64,000 nt of DNA from Burkholderiaceae bacterium (GCA_024637395.1 JAGXFG010000009.1:1157-65156), one strand, 5' to 3'. Numbered from the stretch's first letter, positions 35,023 through 44,865 are shown. Notes: a model not told the origin generated them from the sequence alone. Translations and numbers: made by a program.

Positions 35023-35454
35023 TCAGTCGCGCACGACCGGCCGGCCGTCGCCAATCCATCCCACCATCCCCCGGGAGACGTTGTAGACCCGGGTGTAGCC
35101 GAGCTTCTCGACCAGATAGCGTGACAGCACGCTTGAGCGGTTTCCCGAGCGGCAGACCAGGATCACAGGTGCGTCCTTGCCCACGGCCGACGTTAACCGT
35201 GGCAGGAAGTCGGGCGGGACCTGGCCGGCAGCGTCGACGAAGGTCAGGCGCCGGCTGCCCGCGATCACCCCGGTTTGTTGCCATTCGTCCGGCCGGCGCA
35301 GGTCGTAGAGCGGAACGCCGCTGACGAGCAGCGCCCTTACCTGCTCGTTGCCAATCTCCGTGACCCCTGCCGCACCTGCGCCGGTCACCGCCAGCGAGAA
35401 CAGCAGAGCACCGATCAAGCGCAGAAATACCCTTCGCATCTTCATACCCATCAT
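35023..35454 (-). CDS. Periplasmic single-domain rhodanese (sulfurtransferase)
   Basis: Signal peptide, then ...LYDLRRPDEW..G.I.GS......PVILVCRSGNRS (active-site Cys loop). The start was chosen among four clustered ATGs. Confidence 0.85.
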   Translation of the reverse strand: MMGMKMRRVFLRLIGALLFSLAVTGAGAAGVTEIGNEQVRALLVSGVPLYDLRRPDEWQQTGVIAGSRRLTFVDAAGQVPPDFLPRLTSAVGKDAPVILVCRSGNRSSVLSRYLVEKLGYTRVYNVSRGMVGWIGDGRPVVRD

Positions 35455-35506
35455 TGCCCCATTCCTTCGATAAGATCCCGACCAACCAGGCGCATCGCCA
35501 ACTGCC

Positions 35507-36787
35507 CTACCCCGGGACGTTCCGTACCTGGACCCCCAGGGCCAGGGTCTCGACACTCAGGTCCACTGGCTCGGTTACTTCGGGCCAGTACCGCCGCACC
35601 ACCATCCAGGCGACCAGCCCGAACAGCAGCATGGCGAGCGACGCAGTCGCCAGCCAGACCGTCGAGTACATCACCAGCGGCGCGACCACCCCGGCGACCA
35701 GCCCGTTGGCCGCGCTCCCGATGAACGCCTGCAATGACGACAGCATCCCGCGGCGCTGCGGATTGAGGTCGAGCACCATGATCGTGACCACCGGGATTAC
35801 CAGCGCCCACCCGTAGGCGAACACGGCGACCGGCAGCACCGCCCATGAGACATGGGCGGTGAACAGCAGGTTGGCAACCAGATTCACGCCGGCCGCGGCC
35901 GACATCAGCACGAAGCCGACGCGGGCCTGGCGCCGCGGCGCGAACCGTCCCGCCATCCGCCCGCTGGTCCAGGCGCCGAGCATGATTCCGGAAATCGTCA
36001 TGGTGAAGAACCACCAGAACTGGGTGGGCGCCAGGCCGAGGTGCTCGCCGAGAAAGACCGGCGCCGCCAGGACATAGAGGAACATGCCGTTGAACGGCAG
36101 ACCGCTGGCAAGCGCCAGCAGCACGAAGCGGGGATCGGTGATCAGCTTGCGATAGCCGCGCCAGAGAGTGCGGGCGTCGAACGGCTGCGCATGGTCGCGG
36201 TGCAGCGTCTCCGGCAGCAACCGGAAGTTGGCAATCCACAGCGCCGTGCCCACCGCTGCCAGGAACCAGAAGATGCTCTGCCAGCCGAGGTGGACGAACA
36301 GCGAGCCGCCGATGATCGGGGCAATTGCCGGTGCCACCCCGAAGTAGATCGTCACCTGGGACATCACCCGCTGCGCATCCTGGGGCGGAAACATGTCGCG
36401 GATGATCGCCCGCGACACCACCATCCCGGCTCCGGTTGACAGGCCCTGGATGGTGCGAAAGATCACCAGCTGGCCGATGGTCGTGGACAACGCGCAGCCG
36501 ACCGAGGCCAGGGTGAAGATTGCAACCCCGACCAGCACCACCGGGCGCCGTCCGAAGCTGTCGGAGAGTGCGCCGTGGAACAGGTTCATCAGCGCAAAGC
36601 CGAACAGGTACGCCGACAGCGTCTGCTGCATCTGCACCGGGGTGGCGCCGATCGCATCGCCAATTCCGGCGAATGCCGGCAGGTAGGTGTCGATTGCAAA
36701 CGGCCCCAGCATGCCCAGCAATGCCAGCAGCAGAGCGAGCGCCCAGCGCGGCGCGCGCCAGAGTTCCTTGGCGTCGGGATTGATCAT
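35507..36787 (-). CDS. MFS transporter, Bcr/CflA drug-resistance subfamily
   Basis: MINPDAKELW...LGPFAIDTYLPAF..I...GATP..MQQTLSAYL.GFA...LF.G.LSD.FGRRP. The real start at 36787 is inside the 691-aa track ORF. Confidence 0.9.
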   Translation of the reverse strand: MINPDAKELWRAPRWALALLLALLGMLGPFAIDTYLPAFAGIGDAIGATPVQMQQTLSAYLFGFALMNLFHGALSDSFGRRPVVLVGVAIFTLASVGCALSTTIGQLVIFRTIQGLSTGAGMVVSRAIIRDMFPPQDAQRVMSQVTIYFGVAPAIAPIIGGSLFVHLGWQSIFWFLAAVGTALWIANFRLLPETLHRDHAQPFDARTLWRGYRKLITDPRFVLLALASGLPFNGMFLYVLAAPVFLGEHLGLAPTQFWWFFTMTISGIMLGAWTSGRMAGRFAPRRQARVGFVLMSAAAGVNLVANLLFTAHVSWAVLPVAVFAYGWALVIPVVTIMVLDLNPQRRGMLSSLQAFIGSAANGLVAGVVAPLVMYSTVWLATASLAMLLFGLVAWMVVRRYWPEVTEPVDLSVETLALGVQVRNVPG

Positions 36788-36840
36788 GGATCCGCAAGGG
36801 TAGCCGAAATCGCGACCGTCGCGCAGCGCTCCGCGGCGCC

Positions 36841-37653
36841 CTAGGGCCGCGAGTTGATCTCGGCCCGCATGCGCCGCACCATCGTGCGCTCGTACCAGCG
36901 CGGCGCGAGCCGCGACACCAGCCATGCCAGCCACGCCACCCGCCCCACCAGCAACAGCTGCCGGCGTTGTTCGACTGCCTTGACGACGCGGCGCGCCACC
37001 AACGCCGGCGCGAGTGCCTCGCCGACCACGGTACGGGGCCCTTGCGCACTGCTCCCGTCGCCACCCAGATGGGCGGCCGCGATTGCCGTCGCGATGAAGC
37101 CCGGACAGACCAGCAGCACGTCGAGCCCGCGATCGCCGTATTCGGCGCGGATGGTCTCGAACAGCCCGTGGAGCGCGTGCTTGCTCGCGGCATAGCCGGA
37201 GCGGGCCGCCAGGGGGGCGAACCCCGCCACGCTCGAGATCGCGACCACGGTTCCGTGGCGCTCGAGCAGCGCCGGGAGCGCCGCATGGGTGGCATTGACG
37301 GCGCCGAAGAAGTTCACCTCCATCACGCGCCTGATGACCGCGGGATCGGTCTGGGCGAACAGGCTGCGATGGCTGATCCCGGCGTTGTTGACCAGCACGT
37401 CGATGCCGCCCCAGCGCTGCACGACCTCGGCCAGCGCAGCACTGCACTGCTGCTGGTCGGAGAGGTCGCAGCGCAAGGCGAGCAGTTCCGGGAGCGCGAG
37501 TTCGCGCTGCAAGCGCTCCAGTGCCGGCTGATCGACGTCCAGCGCCGCGATCCGGGCGCCGCGCGCCGCGAAGGCAACGCACAGTTCGCGGCCGAGCCCG
37601 CCGGCCGCACCGGTTACCACCACTACCCGCGAATCGAGCTCACGCGCCTTCAT
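36841..37653 (-). CDS. Short-chain dehydrogenase/reductase
   Basis: VVVVTGAAGGLGRE, NNAG and SSVAG...YAASK. The start MKAREL at 37653 overlaps the end of the upstream gene by 14 nt. Confidence 0.9.
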   Translation of the reverse strand: MKARELDSRVVVVTGAAGGLGRELCVAFAARGARIAALDVDQPALERLQRELALPELLALRCDLSDQQQCSAALAEVVQRWGGIDVLVNNAGISHRSLFAQTDPAVIRRVMEVNFFGAVNATHAALPALLERHGTVVAISSVAGFAPLAARSGYAASKHALHGLFETIRAEYGDRGLDVLLVCPGFIATAIAAAHLGGDGSSAQGPRTVVGEALAPALVARRVVKAVEQRRQLLLVGRVAWLAWLVSRLAPRWYERTMVRRMRAEINSRP

Positions 37654-38698
37654 CCTGCCCCCGCAGCTGTCCGCCAGAGCTGCCGCGACCGTCATCGTCG
37701 CCAGCGGTGGCCGCGCCGTCCGCGCGCCCGCTGCGCGCGGCCAGGAACTGCTCGAACGCGGCCCGCGATCCCAATCCGGGAACAAACCCGAAAACCACCT
37801 TGAGTTTCGTGTTGTCCAGCACCGGGCGATAACGCAGGAAGTTGACCTGTTCCGGTCCGTACTGGGTCAGGCGCAACCGGCCCAGCACCGCGAGCGCGGC
37901 GGCGAGCAGCCACGCCGGCAGTTCGAGGCAGGGCTTGCCCAGCAGCGCTGCGATCTCCGGCATCGTGACGCTGCCGTCCCCGGCGAGGTTGTAGATGCCC
38001 GGCGGACCGGCAGCGACCGCGCGGGTCAGGCACGCCACCACGTCGCCATCCCAGACGAAGCTGAACGGGCTGGCCGCGCCGCGCACTGCCAGCAGCAGTC
38101 TCCGGTCGAACAGGTCGGTGATCTGGTTGCGGGTAGTGTTGCCCAGCACCGTGCACAGCCGCAGCACCACCTGCTCGAGGGCGGGATGTTCGCTTCTGGC
38201 CTGCGCGAGCAGCTCCTCGACCTGCCGCTTGTGGTCGGAGTAGGCGAATTCCGGATTGCCGCGCAGCGGCTGATCCTCGCCGATGCTGGCGGGATTGTCG
38301 GCATGGTAGCCATAGGCCGCCCCGCTGGAGGTGACGACGATCCGGCGAACGCCAGCTGCGACGCAGGCCCCGAGCACGCGGCGGGTGCCTTCGACGTCGA
38401 CCTGGTAGAGGCGCTCCCTGGTAGTGCCGGGCGGCGGCGAGACCATCGCCGCCAGGTGAACCACCACTTCGGGCGCCGCCGCCCGGATGAGTTCCCCGGT
38501 GCGCTGCTCGCAGATGTCAGCGACCTCGTAGCGCACCCCCGGGTGGCGCCTTTGCGCGGGCACGGCGCGCACATCGAGCGCGACCACGCCACGACAGGCT
38601 CCGGGTGTGGCAGCGAGCGCCGCGACCAGCTGCGCGCCGAGGTAACCGTCCGCACCGGTGACCAGCACCAACGGCAGCTTTGCCTTCGCCCCGCTCAT
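37640..38698 (-). CDS. NAD-dependent epimerase/dehydratase (extended SDR)
   Basis: VLVTGADGYLGAQLV, ...SSGAAYG..., Y.DHK. The low-complexity Gly/Asp/Arg tail overlaps the next gene. Confidence 0.88.
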   Translation of the reverse strand: MSGAKAKLPLVLVTGADGYLGAQLVAALAATPGACRGVVALDVRAVPAQRRHPGVRYEVADICEQRTGELIRAAAPEVVVHLAAMVSPPPGTTRERLYQVDVEGTRRVLGACVAAGVRRIVVTSSGAAYGYHADNPASIGEDQPLRGNPEFAYSDHKRQVEELLAQARSEHPALEQVVLRLCTVLGNTTRNQITDLFDRRLLLAVRGAASPFSFVWDGDVVACLTRAVAAGPPGIYNLAGDGSVTMPEIAALLGKPCLELPAWLLAAALAVLGRLRLTQYGPEQVNFLRYRPVLDNTKLKVVFGFVPGLGSRAAFEQFLAARSGRADGAATAGDDDGRGSSGGQLRGQDEGA

Positions 38699-38717
38699 CG
38701 GGTTGACCCCGAAAAGT

Positions 38718-39629
38718 TCATGTCCGTGCCGACTGGGGCTCGCGGCGCGACCACCAGGTGGCGATGCTCAGGCCCGAGACCAGGTGCCACACCCCCCACC
38801 ACGCGGTGACGATTGCCATGCCGCCGAGACCGTCGAAGAAATTGAAGACCAGGATCAATCCGAGAGCCGAGTTCTGGATTCCGACCTCGATCGAGACCGC
38901 GCGCCGGTCGCGCTCAGGCAGTCCGGCCAGGCGGGCTGCGGTATAACCGGTGGCCAGCGCCAGCGCGTTGTGCAGGAACACGGCGGCGACGACAAAGCCC
39001 ACGTAGTCCAGAAAGTAGCGCCAGTTGGCGGCCAGAGCTCCAACCACGAAACCGACGAAGACCACCAGCGAGAAGATCCGGATCGGCCGCCGCAGCCGCT
39101 GGGCAAAGCGCGGCAGATGGTGCGCCGTGACCATGCCGACGACCATCGGAACCCCGAGCAGCACCAGCACCGTCAACAGCATCTGGAGCGGATCGAGCGC
39201 CACCGACCGGAGAATGGAACTGGTCTGCGGATCGAGCCTGGCCCAGAATGACAGGTTCAGCGGCGTCATCACGATCGCCACGATCGTCGACACCGCGGTC
39301 ATCGAAATCGACAGCGCGGTGTTGCCGCGGGCGTAGTGGGTCAGGAAATTCGAGATGTTGCCGCCGGGGCACGCCGCGACCAGCATCATGCCCAGCGCAA
39401 TGCTGGGGGCGGGGCGAATCGCAAGTATGAGCAGGAAGGTGAAGGCCGGCAGCAGCAGAAACTGCCCGACCAGCCCGATCAGCACCGGCCGGCGCGACGT
39501 CAGCACCGCCCGGAAATCGGCGATGCGCAGATCGAGCGCGACGCCGAACATGACCAGGCCCAGGATGATGTTCAGCGCAATTAGCGACTGCGGATTGAAG
39601 TTGAGTCGGACCAGGTCGATTTCGCCCAT
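38718..39629 (-). CDS. Bile acid:sodium symporter (BASS) family transporter
   Basis: ...ILGLVMFGVALDL...GLVGQFLLLP...GMMLVAACPGGNISNF..., the BASS signature. 303 aa. Confidence 0.88.
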   Translation of the reverse strand: MGEIDLVRLNFNPQSLIALNIILGLVMFGVALDLRIADFRAVLTSRRPVLIGLVGQFLLLPAFTFLLILAIRPAPSIALGMMLVAACPGGNISNFLTHYARGNTALSISMTAVSTIVAIVMTPLNLSFWARLDPQTSSILRSVALDPLQMLLTVLVLLGVPMVVGMVTAHHLPRFAQRLRRPIRIFSLVVFVGFVVGALAANWRYFLDYVGFVVAAVFLHNALALATGYTAARLAGLPERDRRAVSIEVGIQNSALGLILVFNFFDGLGGMAIVTAWWGVWHLVSGLSIATWWSRREPQSART

Positions 39630-39644
39630 CGCTTCCTCTGCTCT

Positions 39645-41411
39645 TCAGGCCCCCTTGGGCTCTTCGTGCATCTTCTTGAAGTGGATCAGGCCCGGAGCCC
39701 ACATGTGCTTGACCGGATCGACGTCGACATGGACCACGGCACAGCGCCCGCTCGCCAGCGCCCGTTCGAGCGCGGGACGCAATTCGCGCGGGTCGGCGAC
39801 GCGCTCGCCGTGCGCTCCCATGCTGCGCGCCAGATCGTCGAAGGCAATCTCGCCGAGATCGGCCTTGATCGTCTCATGCGGCTCGAGGTGCTTGAACAGC
39901 ATGGTCTTGAAGGGCCGCAGCATGAACTGCTGGTTCATCTTGACCATGCCCCATTGCCGGTCACAGAGCACGATGTAGATCACCTGCGCATTGTTGCGCA
40001 CCGCGGTCTCGATCTCCTGGGGATGGAATCCGAATGCGCCGTCGCCGATGATGCAGCACACCGCTTTCCCGGGACGCGCGATTGCCGCCGCGATCGCCTG
40101 CGCCATCCCGGCGCCGAGCATGCCGAACTTGAAAGTCGAGATCACGGTATTGGGAACCGTGACGCGGTGGTAGAACATCGCCCAGATGGTCGCGTTGCCG
40201 CCATCGGCGACCAGGACCGTGTCCTCGGGAAAAACCGCCTGGCAGGCGGTGGCCACGTGGGCCGGGTGAGTGGGCGTCGCCATGTCGTCGAGCGCCTTGT
40301 CCCAGCCGGCACGGTCCTTTTGCATCGTCCGACCGTAGCCCGCGACGCGCTTGCGACGTGCCGCGAAACCGCTCGCCTGGGCGCCCTCCGCCTGGGCGCG
40401 CTCGAGCTCGTCGGCGAGCATGGCCAGGAAGCGGCCGACGTCGGCGACGATGGCCACGTCCGCCGGGCGGTTGAGCCCGATCATGCTGCCATCGATGTCC
40501 ACCTGGATAGTCTTCTGTTCCGCCGGGTTGCGCCAGTAGGGCATCTTTCCCCACCAATCGGTTTCGCCGACTCGCGAGCCGAGAATCAGTGCGACATCGG
40601 CGTCATTGCGTACTTTGTGGTTGAGCTTGACGTGCGGCATCGGAATCGCCAGTTCCGAGGTCTCGGGCAACACGCCGCGCGCCGCCCAGCTGGTGGTCAC
40701 CGGCGCATGCAGCAATTCGGCGACGCGGCGCAGCGCATCGTAGGCCCCGGCATGAATGACGCCGCTGCCGGCGTGGATCATCGGCGCCTCGGCTGCCACC
40801 AGCAAGCGCGCGGCCTCGGCAACCTGCCCGGTGGTCGGCGACAGCGCGGTGACATTGCGATACTGGTGCGGTTCCCAGTACCCCACGGCGGCCTTCGCCT
40901 TGGAGTTCATGATGTTCTCGGGAACATCGAGGTGCACGACTCCCGGGCGCCCCTCGTAGCTCTCGCGCAAGGCCTTGCGGGTCAGTTCCGGAACCCGCTC
41001 GAAGGAAGAGACCGCCGCGCTCCACTTCGCGATCCGGGCGATCACGCCGCTCTGGTCGAAGCACTGGTAGCTGCCGCCGCGATCGGGATACATGATGCCG
41101 GGACGCCGGGCGCTGGTGATCGCCAGCACGCGGTTGCCTTCGGCCTGCTCGACCACCAGCCCCGGCAACAGGTTGGCCACCCCGGGGCCGTTGCTGGCCA
41201 TGCACACGCCGAGTCGCCCAGTGAGCCGGGCATAGGCACCGGCCATGTGGGCCGCCGAGGTCTCGTGGCGGGGCGTGACGATCTCGATGCCCAGGCGGTG
41301 CAGCGCCGAATAGAACCCGAAGTAGGTGCCGTCGATGATCCCGAAGACCTTCTCGACACCCTCGCGCTGCAACATCCGGGCAATGACCTCGCCACCGCTG
41401 ACTTCCGCCAT
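39645..41411 (-). CDS. Thiamine diphosphate-dependent enzyme, acetolactate synthase-like
   Basis: ...GIIDGTYFG...HETSAAHMAGAYARLTG...NGPGVANL..., then IGDGAFGF...E..T.VRNN (TPP-binding motif). 588 aa. Confidence 0.9.
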   Translation of the reverse strand: MAEVSGGEVIARMLQREGVEKVFGIIDGTYFGFYSALHRLGIEIVTPRHETSAAHMAGAYARLTGRLGVCMASNGPGVANLLPGLVVEQAEGNRVLAITSARRPGIMYPDRGGSYQCFDQSGVIARIAKWSAAVSSFERVPELTRKALRESYEGRPGVVHLDVPENIMNSKAKAAVGYWEPHQYRNVTALSPTTGQVAEAARLLVAAEAPMIHAGSGVIHAGAYDALRRVAELLHAPVTTSWAARGVLPETSELAIPMPHVKLNHKVRNDADVALILGSRVGETDWWGKMPYWRNPAEQKTIQVDIDGSMIGLNRPADVAIVADVGRFLAMLADELERAQAEGAQASGFAARRKRVAGYGRTMQKDRAGWDKALDDMATPTHPAHVATACQAVFPEDTVLVADGGNATIWAMFYHRVTVPNTVISTFKFGMLGAGMAQAIAAAIARPGKAVCCIIGDGAFGFHPQEIETAVRNNAQVIYIVLCDRQWGMVKMNQQFMLRPFKTMLFKHLEPHETIKADLGEIAFDDLARSMGAHGERVADPRELRPALERALASGRCAVVHVDVDPVKHMWAPGLIHFKKMHEEPKGA

Positions 41412-41555
41412 TTCGGCATCTCCGATGCTCTTGGGGACATCGGCGCCGCGCGGCGCCGCGTTGGCGCATTCTCCCGCCGCTGGCCCGCGATGGCAACGAC
41501 CGTTCAGTAATGGTTCGGCGCGCGGACCGCTCCGGTCAGCGCAAAGCGTGCGCGC

Positions 41556-41963
41556 TCAGAGGCGAAACCCGGTTCCCCTGCGCGTGGCGATCCCCAGCGA
41601 CGGTTCGTCACCGACGACGCCTGTATTGGCATCGCGGTTTGCGGGATTTATCTTGACCAGGGTGGGGATGATCCGTTGGTGATAATAATTCCGCAGTTCC
41701 GAAAGTTCGACCACCACGGCCAGCGGGAAGCCCTGTCGGCTGTCGCGATCGCTGAGCAGCAGTTTGTCGAAGATGCCATTGACCCGCGTCGGCTCACTCC
41801 AGACCGCCGCCAGGTTGTTGACGACATGGGGGTAATCGCGCGCCACTGTGGGCAGCATCGCCAGCACCTCGGAATTATTGAGCAATTCGCGACCGATATC
41901 GGACAGCGTCTCGGGAGCCCCGGAACCCCGGCGTGCTCGGCTGTTGTGGTCAGCAGGTTTCAT
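41556..41963 (-). CDS. Hypothetical protein (no family recognised)
   Basis: 135-aa ORF in a visibly lower-GC patch. It has no signal peptide or TM segment. Conserved-looking core FDKLLLSDRDSRQGFPLAVVVELSELRNYY. Confidence 0.55.
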   Translation of the reverse strand: MKPADHNSRARRGSGAPETLSDIGRELLNNSEVLAMLPTVARDYPHVVNNLAAVWSEPTRVNGIFDKLLLSDRDSRQGFPLAVVVELSELRNYYHQRIIPTLVKINPANRDANTGVVGDEPSLGIATRRGTGFRL

Positions 41964-42207
41964 GTGTTTTCTCGGCTAGAAGTCACTGCGCCGATGATGC
42001 CACCGCGCCGCGCCGGAGGCACTAGCGATGGCGCCGGTTAGCGCCGCCAGCCGACGACCGGGGCGCTGAGCACGACCGCTGGCACCCGCGCCATTGCCTG
42101 GGGCCCGATTTTGCCCACCACCGTTGTGCGTTTCCCACACCAGTTGATGCTGATTCACTCCGTCCTGGCGGGCGGCCGGCAAGCGCGCGCCTGAGCGGCT
42201 GTCTGCC

Positions 42208-43062
42208 CTAGGACTGTTCGTAGATGAAATTCAGGCGCGTCGTCTCGCGCCGCCGATAGCCGGTATCGCGCAGCAACTGCTCGAGAGGCCCCGCTGTCTC
42301 GGCCTTGAATTCGGTGATCAGGACGCCCGGGCGCAGGGACGCCGGCGCGTGGGCAAGGAAGTGACGCAGCACTGGGGGCTCATGCCCTTCGATATCGATC
42401 TTCAGGGCGTCCACGCGCTCGACGCCGCGCGACTGAAGCAGATGGAGCAGCGTGTCCACCGGCACGTCGAGCAGCATGCGGCTGCCGCCGGCCCGCTCGG
42501 CCTCGCCGGCTTCCAGCGTGTTCTGGCCACGTTGCCGGGGGTCGATTTGCAGCACGGCGCTGCCCGCGTGGTCGCTCAGTGCGATCGGACAGATCTCGAT
42601 GTCGCCCAGCGAATTGGTCCGGCAATTGAACTCCAGCCGCCGGCGCATTTCGGGATCGGGTTCGACGCTGACGATCCGCCCTTGCCCCTGCATGCAGCGG
42701 TGGGCCCAGAAGCTGTAGACACCGGCGTTGGCACCAATATCGACGAACGTGCTGCCCGGCCCCAGGCGAGCGGCCAGCAACTGGAGCTCTTCCGGATCGA
42801 AGAATTGCGGGGCGGAGATCAGCTTCTGCTCCGACATGTTCCCGCGCGGCAGGAGCCGCAGCTTCAGGCCCCAAATCGTCAGGTCGAGTGGAACGTTGAC
42901 GTGGTACTTGACCGGGCGACGGAACAACTTCACCAGCGGCGCCAGGGCGCGCGGCGTGTGGTGAGCAAGGCCTAGCAGTATGGCAACAGCGCTGGTGGGG
43001 GCGTAGGTGCCCCAGGGGGCGACGTCGTCGAATGCGGGGGCGGCGGATCGGGGTTGCGCCAT
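42208..43062 (-). CDS. FkbM-family SAM-dependent methyltransferase
   Basis: FVDIGANAGVYSFWA...V.VEP.P......N......I....ALSD..G........DALKIDIEGHE, the typical FkbM layout. Confidence 0.85.
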   Translation of the reverse strand: MAQPRSAAPAFDDVAPWGTYAPTSAVAILLGLAHHTPRALAPLVKLFRRPVKYHVNVPLDLTIWGLKLRLLPRGNMSEQKLISAPQFFDPEELQLLAARLGPGSTFVDIGANAGVYSFWAHRCMQGQGRIVSVEPDPEMRRRLEFNCRTNSLGDIEICPIALSDHAGSAVLQIDPRQRGQNTLEAGEAERAGGSRMLLDVPVDTLLHLLQSRGVERVDALKIDIEGHEPPVLRHFLAHAPASLRPGVLITEFKAETAGPLEQLLRDTGYRRRETTRLNFIYEQS

Positions 43063-43064
43063 GT

Positions 43065-43841
43065 TCAGCCGATCCAGGCCTGGCGCAGCCAGTCAACGTT
43101 GCCAATCCTGCGATGCAGGCGATGCCCGCCACCAGCGAAGACCTCGGACATCTTGGGGCTTCCGGCAAAGACGACGATGTGGGCACCGGCCGGAAGTGAC
43201 GGACTGGCGAAATAACTGCGCAGGTGCCGCGGAACGCAATCGTTCTTGAAGCTGACGCACCAGCCGCGCGGCCAGTACTCGAGGTTCCCATGCGCGGCGA
43301 GCTGGGCACTCTGGAACTGCTGCGAGATGCTGTAGTTGCGGGTGGCGCCCGCGGGGTCTGCAAGGTACGCATCGAGGATGTAAGCGTGCTCCCCGATCTC
43401 GTAGCGAAAGACCGAAGAATTGCCCACGCTGTGCAGGAAGCGGTCGCGCTCGGTATTCAGGCCGCGCAGGGGTTTGCGGCGAAAGAGATCGTCGTCGCGG
43501 ATGATGAGGAATCGGCCGGGATGCTCGAAGAAGGGCTCGAGCGAATCCACGATCACCAGATCCAGGTCAAGAAAGAGTGTCGTTCCGCGGAGATCAGCCA
43601 GATCGCGCCGAAATACCGCAAGCTTCTGCCAGCGCCGGTCGTTGTGACCGCTCGGCAGTCCCAGCGGCGGCAGCGGCATCGCCTCCACGGCCGGCGACAA
43701 TCCGGTAGGGTCGTCGGTGAAGCAGACAAACCTGAAAGGGCGCTTCAGGTGGCGCGCCACGCCCTCCTGCAGGCGATTCACATATTCCGGGCCGTACATG
43801 ACGCCCCACTTCATGCAGATGATGTTGACCGCAAGCTTCAT
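43065..43841 (-). CDS. Putative glycosyltransferase-like protein (DxD-containing, uncharacterised family)
   Basis: MKLAVNIICMKWGVMYGPEYVNRL..GV.RHL..PFRFVCFTDD and FLDLDLVIV (DxD-like). It lies 2 nt upstream of the FkbM gene. Confidence 0.6.
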   Translation of the reverse strand: MKLAVNIICMKWGVMYGPEYVNRLQEGVARHLKRPFRFVCFTDDPTGLSPAVEAMPLPPLGLPSGHNDRRWQKLAVFRRDLADLRGTTLFLDLDLVIVDSLEPFFEHPGRFLIIRDDDLFRRKPLRGLNTERDRFLHSVGNSSVFRYEIGEHAYILDAYLADPAGATRNYSISQQFQSAQLAAHGNLEYWPRGWCVSFKNDCVPRHLRSYFASPSLPAGAHIVVFAGSPKMSEVFAGGGHRLHRRIGNVDWLRQAWIG

Positions 43842-43962
43842 GTGGATCGTTTCCGCAATTCGACAGCATGGTTTACCGCCAGGTTACATCGGCGTTGCCG
43901 CGTAACCGGCGCAGCGACCGCACAGTCGGTATTCCAGCGGCACGTTCCGCCGCGCTGGCCGC

Positions 43963-44865
43963 TCAGTTGAGCTGCTGCAAACCTGCCAGCAACCAGCCAC
44001 CCCGGCCATCGACGGGCTTGGTCAGGTTCCAGACCTCGTCAAAATCCTCCGCCGCGGCATTTTCGTCCTCGCGAATCAGGCCATGAAAGCGCAGGCTCGC
44101 GATGTACTCGGTGGCGGTGGTCTCGATTCCCAGCAGCTCGGCCTCCAGCGCGACGACGTCGGTGCGATTGGCAGCGCCGCTTCGTTCCCTGACCTGGCGG
44201 CGCAGTTCGGTGAACATTTCAGGGGTGGCGAATTCGCTCAGTTGATTGAGGTCGGCGGCGTCGAATGCACCCTGGAGGCGCACGAACTGGGCCCTGGCGT
44301 TGTGCAGGAAACCGGCCACGTCGAAGTCATCAGGAATGCGCCAGCCCGGTTCCGGCGCGATCGCTTCTGCCGGAGCTGATGCTGGCGGCACATGGCGCGC
44401 GTCAGCCGCTTCGCGCAGGAATTGCGGGACCGAGGCCTCGCCGCCGAGCCCTTCCTGCGAGTAGCTGGCTCCAGCCCACGCGGGGGAGCGCGGCGCCGCT
44501 GGCACCAGCACCCGACGCAGGATGGCGATAACCGGCACTGCCAGCAGCGCCAACAGCAGGAGAGCGCCGAGTTCCTCGCCCACGCCGAGATGGCCGAACA
44601 AGGTGGCCAGCCCGAGACCTGCAGCCAGTCCGGTCAACGGCGCCAGCCAGCGGTTGCCGGCCGTCGGCGGTTGCGCTCCAGGCTGGCTGGTCGCCGCGCC
44701 GGGTGCAGGAGCAGGAGCAGTCGCACGCTGGAGAACCTTGGGCGCCTGCCGGCCCAGTGAACCGCCACCGCCCAGGCGCCTCGCCTCCGCATCGTCCGCG
44801 CCCAGCAGCACCAGCGACGTGACCGCAGCCAGCGCCAGTGCCAGGACCCTCGAACCGAATTTCAT
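43963..44865 (-). CDS. Tim44-like domain membrane protein
   Basis: Signal/TM segment, a Pro/Ala/Gly-rich linker and a second TM segment. The C-terminal Tim44-like domain reads ...FDAADLNQLSEFATPEMF...WNLTKP..G.GGWLLAG.QQ. The start at 44865 has GGAGCAGGAG upstream. Confidence 0.85.
   Translation of the reverse strand: MKFGSRVLALALAAVTSLVLLGADDAEARRLGGGGSLGRQAPKVLQRATAPAPAPGAATSQPGAQPPTAGNRWLAPLTGLAAGLGLATLFGHLGVGEELGALLLLALLAVPVIAILRRVLVPAAPRSPAWAGASYSQEGLGGEASVPQFLREAADARHVPPASAPAEAIAPEPGWRIPDDFDVAGFLHNARAQFVRLQGAFDAADLNQLSEFATPEMFTELRRQVRERSGAANRTDVVALEAELLGIETTATEYIASLRFHGLIREDENAAAEDFDEVWNLTKPVDGRGGWLLAGLQQLN

Noticed and set aside
35451-37582. 614-aa and 691-aa minus-strand ORFs spanning the MFS and SDR genes
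   Set aside because: The 614-aa ORF is an alternative frame of the MFS gene. The 691-aa ORF is the MFS gene with a spurious 5' extension that reads through the SDR gene out of frame. The real start, MINPDAKE, is at 36787.
41976-42182. 68-aa Gly/Ala/Arg-rich minus-strand ORF between the FkbM gene and the 135-aa orphan gene
   Set aside because: It has a TTG start without an RBS and a low-complexity composition. It is most likely non-coding spacer.
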